Below, one piece after another: positions 53,461 to 64,000 of a stretch of DNA of 64,000 nucleotides (positions within the stretch are counted from its first letter, which is position 1; each line of letters begins with the position of its first letter). The stretch lies in NCBI GenBank assembly GCA_964016885.1, contig OZ024741.1:310868001-310932000 (forward strand). Reading direction: 5' to 3'. A model generated the notes under the pieces. The model did no database searches. It had not been told where the DNA came from and worked only from the letters and a program-made list of their open reading frames with translations. Origin of the DNA: Eledone cirrhosa. Taxonomy: Eukaryota. Both the position numbers and the translations under genes were made by a program.

Positions 53461-56400
53461 CTCACGTGTCGAATGGGCAGGCCACATCCACAATCAGGCA
53501 CGATCTTTTTTCCTTGTCAAAAACCACCAGGTCAGGTCTATTGTGTCCCAGTTTCTTGTCCTTCTGTATCCTAAAATCCCACAGCACCTTCACCTGATCG
53601 TTTTCTATCACCGACTCTGGCCTATGCTCATACCACTTCTCAGAATGTGGTAAATTGATTACTTTGCATAGGTGCCAGTGGATCACCCTGTCCATCACAT
53701 CATGACTCCAGCCTTTATAGTGAGTCTGGGCTAGGTGTTTACAGTCTGATACAATATGAGCCACAGTCTCCTCTCTCTCTCCACAGATCCTGCACAGTGG
53801 GCTAGCCTCCTCCTTGTAAATATGGTGTTTCAACCACTTCGTTTTGAGGGCCTGCTCTTGCGCAGCCATTAGCATTCCTTCTGTAGCCTTTTTAAGGTCT
53901 CCTCTTTTCAACCAGTTCCATGTCTGTGGATCTCTGAATTCAGTTTTCTCAAAGAAGGTACTATGAAGGGATTTTTCATGAAGGCTGCTCTTTCTCCTTG
54001 TTGTTATTTCCTCTTTGGACATCCCTGGTCTATTGTTCTCTCCTTCAGTACAATTCTGAGCATTGGCTTCTTACTATCAGTCACGTATTTGCGTAGGTTG
54101 TTTTTCTCCATCTGATCACAGTCCTCTATGCTGATAAGACCTCTTCCACCTTCAGATCTCCTTAAGTAGAGTCTATCGACATCCCTCCGCTTGTGGAACA
54201 TGTTGTAGATAGTCAATAGCTTCCTCGTCTTCTTATCCATTTCTTTTTGTTCAGCAACATTCCATCTCAGAATTCCCGCACTCTACCTAATAATAGACAC
54301 AGCTCGGGAATTTACTGCACTTATGGCATTCCTACTGTTCAGATGTGACTTTAATACGCTCCTTACTCTCCGAATGTATTCAGATCTTATCAATTCCTTC
54401 ATTTTTTTGTTCCTGATGTCATCAGCCTCCAGAACACCCAAATACCTGTATCCTTCTTCAGTGTCAATTTCCTTTATCATCTCACCTGTTGGTACCTGGA
54501 TTCCGTTGCTTCTGCTCAATTTACCCCTCTTCATCACAAGGACTCCACACTTACTAATACCAAATTGCATACATATATCATTGCTGAAAATACGGACAGT
54601 GTCAACAAGCACAACCAACTCCTTCTCACTCTTCCCGAAGAGCTTAATATCGTCCATGAAGAGGAGGTGATTGATGGTAAGCTCTCCCTTTCCCAACTTG
54701 TATCCAGCTCTCACTTTTCACAGTATAATGGTCAGGGGCATCAGGGTAAGGACAAACAACAGAGGGGACAGACTATGTCCCTGGAAGATACCTCTCTTGA
54801 TCTTCACGTCTCCCAAGGATTCTCCAGCTGATGTTAACTCTGTTTTCCAGGACTTCATACTTTTGCCCAACAACTGTCTGATGTTATCTGCCACCTTGAA
54901 GATCTCTAGGCTTTTGGTGATCCAAGAATGAGGCACCACGTTAAATGCCTTTTTGTAGTCTAGCCATCCCATGGCAAGACCAGTGTGTCTCCTCTTGTAA
55001 TTCCTCATTACCATCTTATCAATTAGTAACTGGTCCTTTGTACCACGGGACTTCTTTCGGCATCCTTTCTGTTCGTCCGGTAATAAGTTGTTTGGTGGAG
55101 GTGATGGTAGATTTCCTCAGACATAATGCTTGTCAACAGTTTCTACACAACGGACAGGCATGTGATAGGTCTATAGTTGGTAACATCATTACCAGAACTG
55201 TGGTACCTTTTGTCAACCACTCTGGTACCTCACCTGATATCAAGCAGTCATTGAACATGGTTGTCAGTTTCGTGTGGAGGGATGTTATATTTTTAATCCA
55301 ATACCCCTGCACACCATCTGGGCCTGGTGATTTCCAGTTTGTTAGTTTTTTGGCCTGCCCCTTAAGAGTTTCAACTGTGATACTCAAATCAGTTTGTTGG
55401 TGTGCCTGTTCACTAATCTCCTTTTGTACTGTCTCAATCCACACTGCCTGGTCATTATGTTTAACATCCTGCTCCCATATTCCTCTCCAGAATGTCTTAG
55501 TTTGTTCCGCCTCAGGGATCAAGTCGTTGCCTCTTTCTTTCCCTTCAAGCTGTCCAAACAACATCTTCTGGTTGTTGTCAAACATGCGGTTCTGTCTATA
55601 CTGACTGACTCTGCTCTCGTATCGCCTAATTTTTGCACTCTTTGCTACAATGGGTTGCTTCAGTTCCTCTATGATATATTTAGCTTTTTCCTCCTTGTTT
55701 TGTACTTTATTTCCAGTCTATTTTTCGTGTCTATGTTTTTTAGTGTCCCATTTCGTAGGGACTCAAGCTTTCCAATGTCATTTCTCATTTCCTTGATTTG
55801 AACATTCACTCGTTTCTTCCACCAAGGTTCTGATTTTTCTTGATTGTTGTTTCCTCTTGCTTTAATGCCAAGTAATTTCCTCACTGCATTTGCTGTTGCT
55901 TTGAGGATATTGTTGCACTGGTGAAGGCTCCTCGCCTCAAGGTATGGGATGACTTTGTCTACCTTAGCTGTTGTTTCTTTTAACTTTTTCCTGTCTACAA
56001 ATCTTAGGTTCATAGGTTTCCCCCTATCATTGTTCAATTCATCTACCACTATGTTTAGGATATCAACCAAGTCCGTCAGCATTCATCTCCTCAATGGCCG
56101 TATCTCTGTTCCAGGTATTATATATTTCAGCATTCAGATCATTGTCTGCTTCGGATGGTTCCTCCGTTCTCTCAACCTCTTCACCTTCATTTCCCCTGGC
56201 TCGTTTGTATGGCATTTCCAACCTAATCTCTCTGCTCAGTTCCCCCAGTTCCAGCTCGCTTATCCACCCATTAGTTCTTATTACCCGAGCCTGCCCGGCC
56301 AATTTTTGTTCATCTAATTTAAATAAACCAATCTCGTTCCAGATGTTATGCATCCGTTTCCTAAAGCCTTTCTCCTTGGGGTTACTCTTCAGGTAACATT

Positions 56401-56672
56401 GCATAACAGTTCTATTCAATTCTTTCGTCCAGTTGGTTCTTGTCCCTTTCCTTCTTCTTCTTCCTCCGACACCAGCAGTATTTGGTTGACAGCTAGGTCC
56501 CTGCTGCTGAGACAGGGAGCAGCTGCTGGGCGAGAGTCTGTCACATGACATTCCAGTCTCCACTTCACCGTTATTCGAACTGTTTAGGTTCAACATTTAA
56601 ACACGCTTATCGAGGATTGATGAATGTATGGTTACATAACCATCGGTGATTTTAGTGTGGCACTATCACGCT
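53461..56672 (-). mobile_element. R4/Dong family A copy lacking the extreme 3' end
   Basis: ORF start 56596; LLFMDDIKL, CRIC..H..C, NRPDL. Confidence 0.9.
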
Positions 56673-58000
56673 GTAGACGAACATAAATAAACAAACAAAC
56701 AGGTAAAAAAAAAACCCAAAAAGAATAAGCATAAGTTTCATTGTAATGTAATGTTTGAATGTCTGACTTAGTTTTTTCCTTTTTCCTTCTCTGTCTGTCT
56801 GTTTGATTTTTCTTTTCATTTATCTTTTCTTTACGTTTTTCGTTGTTGCTGTTTTGATTTTGATTTTGATTTTTGGTTTTTTGATTTTTTGACCGGGTCA
56901 TCAAATCAGTCTATTTATATCTTTTGATGCTTTCCTCTTTTAGTGGGGACACTACGATGCATGTCTTAACAGGAGGTAGTGGGAGAGAATAGCGGCGGTA
57001 GTGATAATGAGGTAGCGGTGGCGGTGGTGGTGGCGGTGCTGTGCTAGCAGCAACTAGCAGGAGGTAGTGGGAGAGAACAGTGGCGGTAGCGATAATGAGG
57101 CAGTGGTGGTGGTGATTTGATCGTAGTACTGTAGTGATGGTGTTGAAGTTGGAGTAGAAATAGCGTTTGAGTCGACTTGACCAGAGTTTTGATCGTGTTA
57201 GTGGTGGTGGTGTTGGTGGTGAAATTATCTTTAGTTATTTAGTCATTTTGTCATTTTCCTATTTTTCGACTCTAACATTCCTGATCCAAAATTAAATATT
57301 AATCTTGTTTATTAATATTGTCTACTGATACCGCCATCTTCCCCTTTCGTCAGTTAACAGAAGGTAGTGGGGGGATAGCGGTGGTAGCAATGAAGGAGTG
57401 GTGGCGGCGGTGATGGGATAGTGGTAGTAATGATGGATGGGCGGCGGCGGTGACTGTAGTGATGGCGTTGTCGTTACTGAGTTTTGTTGAATAGACTGTA
57501 TTTTGTTTGATCGGTGAATCTATGGGGTTAGTCGCGTATATGTGTTGACATATTTTCTTAATATTGGATTTAAACATTTTGTTTAATAATAGCAATTATT
57601 ATTATTATGCTGAGATTGGTGGTGGTGATGGTGAAATGGCCGTTATCTGGCTGTTGTGTTTAGTGTACACAGAGGGGTGATGGTGTAGGTGGTGTATCTA
57701 GTTTCTGGTGTTGGTGAAATTGCTGTTGTTTGGCTGTTCTATATAGTGTAGACAGAAGGGTTTTCTTCCATTTATAACCATTTTCGTTTTTGAATATAAA
57801 ATGTATAATACACAATTGAATATTTGAGCGATATAAGAATATATTATGGATCCGAATTTTTTTGGGGCTTAAGCCAGATTATTTATTCATCATTTGTACT
57901 AAGAATTGTTATTTCACAATTGATTTAAATATGTTAAAAATCAAAACTTACGGGAGCGATTTCACGACCTCCCATCCACCATGTGCGTCTTCTTCCCATT
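56673..58000 (-). mobile_element. Possible 5' UTR/ORF1-like region of another non-LTR element (partial paralog at 6831-7276)
   Basis: A/C-rich on minus strand like Tx1 ORF1; ggcttaagcc hairpin near 57860-57878; no catalytic motif seen. Confidence 0.35.
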
Positions 58001-58038
58001 CTTATTATTGTTATTATTATTATTATAATTATTATTAT

Positions 58039-58372
58039 TACAGTTGCATTTATCTTTCTCTATGTTCATACCAGCTATCACCATGTCACAACCCGTGACC
58101 TCAAGAGATAACAAGGTCCGCCATGTTCAAGATAGAACATACATACACACACATGCATCTTTAGGTGTTTAGACTTGTGATGTACTTATATTGACAGAAT
58201 CTCCCTTAGTATATGGGCAGTTCCCATTAGTACTATCCTTTGTATTTCTCCTGTACGCGGGTTTCCTGGTATTAGCGATAAGTAATCATTAGACCCCTTA
58301 GGTATCATTCCTAGAGCGCATACAACCACTGGTATTGTTTTAGTTCTCAATTTCCACATTTTTCAAATTTCT
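58039..58372 (-). mobile_element. R4/Dong family B 3' stub
   Basis: Paralog of 7329-7662. Confidence 0.85.
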
Positions 58373-58440
58373 ATTCACACATATATGTATGTGCGTGTAT
58401 ATAGTAATTATAGCGCTTACGTAACAAGTTTATGATTTAC

Positions 58441-58572
58441 CTTGGCAATTCTCACCAATATAATCTGCAGCACATCCATCCGAACATATTCCATTTCGTT
58501 TGTCACAATTGCTGTCGTCGATACAATGGCATGTACCATTACAAGCAACACCAAACTTTCCTACTGAGCATT
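58441..58572 (-). CDS. EGF-like exon, copy 3
   Basis: ttttcag..AG|gtaaat, 132 nt; differs from copy 2 by one base (T to I). Confidence 0.85.
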
Positions 58573-58925
58573 CTGAAAATATCAATAAATATGATAATGT
58601 TGAAGATATCATTAATTACATACAGATATCAATGACACAATTTTATACCAAATTTTAAGATTAAAGCGGTCTTGTGATAAACATATGAACTTGTATACTT
58701 ATTGAATATTATATCGATCCTCTATAATATATACATGGATTTTTAGTTCAGTTAAATGCAATGTTAAAAACATTATGCAATAAACAAATAATATTTTAAG
58801 AAAAATAACATATATAATCCTTCAAAATCTTACCATATTCTATCAGTTACTACGGTATGTGTTTGCGTCATTCTTACATTTAAATATATATATATATACA
58901 CACAAACAATCACACACGCACACAC

Positions 58926-59026
<101 letters not shown>

Positions 59027-59041
59027 CATATATATATATAT

Positions 59042-59492
59042 TCTTTATCAATATCTATAAAAGGCAGATTCTTGTTGTTGTGTGTGTGTGCATGTTCCAT
59101 GTTTATACATTTGTACAATTTCAAACCGATTCGACTCAACTTCTGTAAGAATGTTGTAAATCATCTAACTGAGGCCGCTGATGATGTATTTCATTCAAAA
59201 TCACCTAAAATTACGGAAATAAGTGATAAAACTAAATACCTGTTGTTCGGCTGACATCGTCTACGCGCATGTTGCGCAAGTACTGTGAAACAATAAATTT
59301 CAACACTTCTTTGCACAGAGATAATATCCATAGGCGAAACTAAAATTGTCACTGCTGGCCCAGCTCTTGCTTCGGCAGTCCAGGTCTGCATTGCCAGTGC
59401 CTGGCAGACAAAAACGTGCTGCCATAAAATGGGTGGTGCAACCTAACGTTGGTAACTTACTGACCCTGATCAACGCCGGGCTTTAATGCTAG
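59042..59492 (+). mobile_element. Non-autonomous Helitron-like element
   Basis: 5' TC..atctataaaa + (GT)n head; 3' ccc..caacgccggg weak hairpin then CTAG|T; head also at ~8300 and ~42080. Confidence 0.55.
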
Positions 59493-59544
59493 TATATATA
59501 TAAATGCATATATATATACATATTTACATACATAGATATATACA

Positions 59545-59667
<123 letters not shown>

Positions 59668-59689
59668 TATCATATATACATAAGGACTC

Positions 59690-61841
59690 CCAAACCATGA
59701 GTGTGGAACCTACCAACATAATCACACATAGTATGGCCACAAAGCCTAACCAACTTCGAGGCAAGAATAATAATAAGAACCCTAATGGGGGAAACCCAGC
59801 TAAATGTAAACCACGTAGAGACAATACTAGAGTCCCTCACCACAACTCTAAAGCAGCAAATGATCACGCCATGAATATAAACCATCCGGGCTTAAGCAAA
59901 ACAGACAACGCCACTAACGTTAATAACCGAACCCTACAAAATAGTACGCACAGTAGCGAGACTCACCCCACAGATAAGAAAAATAGAAAAAGGAAAAACA
60001 TGTATTTTAACCCACCTTTTAACTCTGAGGTCCTCACTAACCTCCCCAGAGTATTCTTCTCATTATTAGAAAAAAACTTCCCACCAGGCAATAGATATCG
60101 CAACAGAATTAACAAAAACGTGATTAAATTATCCTATTCGACCACACCTAACCTCGCATCACACCTAGTACGCACGAAAATTAGGAAAACTAGGGAAGGT
60201 TTCGAAGCAATTAAAATGGCAGTTAACCACAAGCAACCGACTACACTGGAAAATGGGCAACATAATAGCATCAATAAGCCATCTAATGATATAGAGGCAC
60301 CTAGTGATAATGCTCGTAACCAAAGTTCGGGAGGTACGCTAACTAATCGAACCCGCAGTTGCAATTGTAGGCGGAGTAGTAATTGTCCCCTAAGGGGGGG
60401 GGGATTGCCTCATGAAAAACATCGTATATGCATGCGACGTAACCACACACAACTCTACCAAAACATATATAGGAGCAACGTCCAATACATTTAAAACTAG
60501 ATTTAACGCGCATATGTACACATTTAGACACGATAGACATAAGAATGCCACCTCACTGGCGCTATACATCTCCTTTTTAAAAAATAATAGTACCCCATAC
60601 AAACTTTTTTGGAGGAAGCTTACTAGATCCACGCCATACCGACCGCAGAGCGGGAGTTGTGACCTGTGTTTACTGGAATGCCATGCCACAATACACTCTA
60701 AACTGAACCTGCTTAACAGGAAATCGGATATTTTCTCCTCTTGCCAACACAAAATCCTGAGTTCCTTCTTCTATTTTAAACCTAGCCCATAGACGTAACA
60801 TATATTACGCAACCCCCACCTAGACATACCCCTCCTTGACTATAGCTTCCCCCCAACCCGTAACCCAGATAGATAGGTAGCCTGAGGGTGGAACAGTCCC
60901 CTACAAGGTTGGTGTTTGTGTGTGTGTGTATGTGTGTGTATGTGTGTGTATATTCTCCTTTTCTCTCTCACACACACACACACACACACAAACATATGTA
61001 TATATGTGTGCGTACGTGTGTGCATGCATGCATGCATATGTGCGTGTATTGTATAAATGTATATTGTATATATATATGTATATTGTATGCATGTGTATTA
61101 TATTGTGTGTATGTGTATATGTGATATGTATGTGTATATATATATGTATGTGTATGTTTAAATTTCTCTATCCCGTTTTCTTCCCCCATATTTATAATAT
61201 TTTTATTTGAAAAAATCGTTTTTTTTACATTGTTTTCCCCTTCAAATACTTGCTTATATTTCTTTATATATTCTCTATATATTCTCTATATATTTTTTTA
61301 ATATATATTTTTTATCTTTATTCTTATTTTCACTTTTATCCTAGTTTATATTTTACCTTATTCTTACTTTTATACCTTATTATAGTGTAATCTTCCCCAT
61401 GCCTTATTATACATTACTAATTATAGATTATTATTATTACTCTTTTTCCATTTCTAATTACCTCATGTACTTTCTCCTCCGTTATATATATATATTGTAT
61501 GTCCTTTGTGTGTGTGTAGCCTCTGCACACCCTCTGCACCCTACTATCGACGCCACCCCATCTGTGGCTCAACTAACCACTCGACTCCCGGGAATGAATA
61601 TGACCGCAGCTAGTAAACAAGGACCCACACCCCACCCTCCCGCACCAAAATTAGAATTATCGTCCCCTTCTTTTGCTCTTTACCCTCTTTACTCTTTGTT
61701 CTTGAATGTTTGGTTGGTAGAGTCTATAACACCAATCAAACCCCTTTTATAGCTCTGACGAATCCTACGGTTACGTAAGGATAAAACATTGTAAGCCAAT
61801 AAAAATCTTTTGATGTTGTAGATGTTCTTGTGTTCTTTATC
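59690..61841 (+). mobile_element. Penelope-like element, 3' part (linker + GIY-YIG endonuclease + terminal pLTR)
   Basis: RKRKNMYFNPPF..KLSYSTTPNL, CNCR..CPL, NIVY..TYIGAT..FKTRFNAH..CDLCLLE..LLNRKSD; frameshift at G-run ~60393-60402; (TA)n flanks. Confidence 0.88.
61752..61797 (+). ncRNA. Degenerate hammerhead motif (G12 replaced by A)
   Basis: gct-CTGACGA-atcctacg gtta cgtaaggat-AAAA-cattgta-agc, followed by AATAAA. Confidence 0.6.
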
Positions 61842-62074
<233 letters not shown>

Positions 62075-62076
<2 letters not shown>

Positions 62077-63400
62077 TTCAATTCTAATCATCCTAGAAGC
62101 ATTAAAAACACTATTGTCAATAGCGTCCCACAACGGATTTCACGCATCTCCGCTAATAAAAATATTTTTAATGATAAGGCTGAATATTATAATGAATTAA
62201 AGAATGCTGGAATAACCATGATCATACATTTAGGAGATCTGATAAAAAAATCTTCTACTTCACTTTCACATCTTATTTGGAATTTAAAAGTCAATATAGA
62301 CTATTCAATATCTTGGAGAACGATTTCGAAAGCACCTGCATACCGAAATGCGGCTTTATCAAGATTCTGTAAATTGTGTATCGAAGAAATTTTTTATATA
62401 ATTAACTGTCAAAACTTTATTAATCTCAGAACAGAATTATTTTCTTCTTGCAAACATCGCCAAAAGTGCACGTTTAGAACTATTTTTAATTTATAATATT
62501 CCTATACACCTTCACAATGATCCTACCCTTTTAAAAATTTAAATGTAAATTTTTTAAATATTTTTAATATTTTTAATATCTAAAATATTCTTAATATTTC
62601 AAATTTTTTTTTAATATCTCTAATATTTTTAATATTTTTAATATATATATTTAATATTTTAATTTCCGACATTATTTTAATTCTGACATTATTTTTAATT
62701 ATAATTTAATTCACCCCTATATTAACAATATTCTGGAAACATTTTCAATGTGGAACAAAATTTTTGAATCCACAAATTGTTCTACTTTCACAACATGAAC
62801 CACCTATTTTTAATTAAAATACAAAATCAACATCTTTGTAACTCATATTTGATATATAAACAACTAATACATACGCAATTTTATTATTATATATATAGAT
62901 ATTTATATACATATAACCTATCGTAATGTAATAAGATAAAAATACTTACGACCATAATTCTTCATATAATTTAATTGATTATATATACAATATTATAACT
63001 CATAATATAGGTAAAAATAAATCTTTTCCCCCAAATTAACGTAAATGCTAGCTCTTCTTCCTTTCTCTTCTTTTCTCTTCTTTCCTACGCATACAATAAC
63101 ATCATAATTATTCAAATTTTCCATAGCGTCTTAAATAACGTTTTTTCAGCATTTTTACCTAAACCTCATTTGCATACTCATCTTAATAATTTGAAATATC
63201 TGACTTCTCTTCTCTTATCCCTTCACTATCCAAGGATAACTTGAACCTTTAAGGTATATTCTACTTGGTTATTTCAACATTTATAAAACACACTTCGTAT
63301 TTTATCTGATGATAGAGTACCAAAATTTTGGTACCCTTGAAATATATATAATAGAATAAATATGGTTTTATAAATATAGTTTACATTTATTTAATATCAT
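62075..63400 (+). mobile_element. Penelope-like element remnant (RT thumb fused to GIY-YIG C-terminus)
   Basis: [26 protein letters not shown]; [29 protein letters not shown]. Confidence 0.82.
63298..63358 (+). ncRNA. Minimal type I hammerhead ribozyme motif
   Basis: tattttat-CTGATGA(63306-12)-gtaccaaaattttggtac-GAAA(63339-42)-tatatata-atagaata. Confidence 0.82.
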
Positions 63401-63402
63401 TG

Positions 63403-63446
<44 letters not shown>

Positions 63447-63457
63447 CATACACACAC

Positions 63458-63509
<52 letters not shown>

Positions 63510-63854
63510 ATATATAATATTAGTAATAATATTAGAGTTATAATATTAATGTTGTTTACTAATAAAACAGTTCAGTTAAATCATTTTGTTAACTGTAAAA
63601 TAAATTTTCCTAATAATATTTCCTTCACATGCATTTTTATTTTACCATTATTTAGTGTTTATTACCATGTTTTATATTTTGTGCAAATAAACAACGGCAA
63701 GCATGGGGAGATGGTAATGCCTTATATTTGGGGTGTCGTCTCATCCGCCATATATAGGCCTAAACCTGAATTACACGTCTGAATTTGATGCGTTGACCTA
63801 TGCACCGGAACAACTTTTACACCAGCTTATACGGTGTATGTATATAAATGTATT

Positions 63855-63929
<75 letters not shown>

Positions 63930-64000
63930 CTATATATATATATATAGGTTTTAATATAGAACTGTTATACTCTACTATGTATTGAGTAACTTACTTATTG

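Overview
Eukaryotic, AT-rich, repeat-saturated window. The SINE and RTE families resemble those of octopod cephalopods (inference). Almost all of it appears to be intron of a minus-strand gene with multiple EGF-like repeats. Three intact 132-bp phase 1-1 EGF exons (7729-7860, 41358-41489, 58441-58572) each sit in one copy of a ~25-27 kb tandem duplication (units start at <1, ~24719, ~52155). The units are filled with decayed non-LTR retrotransposons. Tx1/L1-clade elements lie on + and R4/Dong-clade elements on -, repeatedly meeting at shared (ATT)n/(AAT)n microsatellites. Also present are RTE fragments, tRNA-derived SINEs, a foldback element, a Helitron-like element, an intronless 5'-truncated DDX5/DDX17 retrocopy flanked by (TA)n, and three Penelope-like elements whose termini carry minimal type I hammerhead ribozyme motifs. 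All coordinates and difference counts were made by eye; TE boundaries are approximate, and subfamily letters (A-D) are my own labels.
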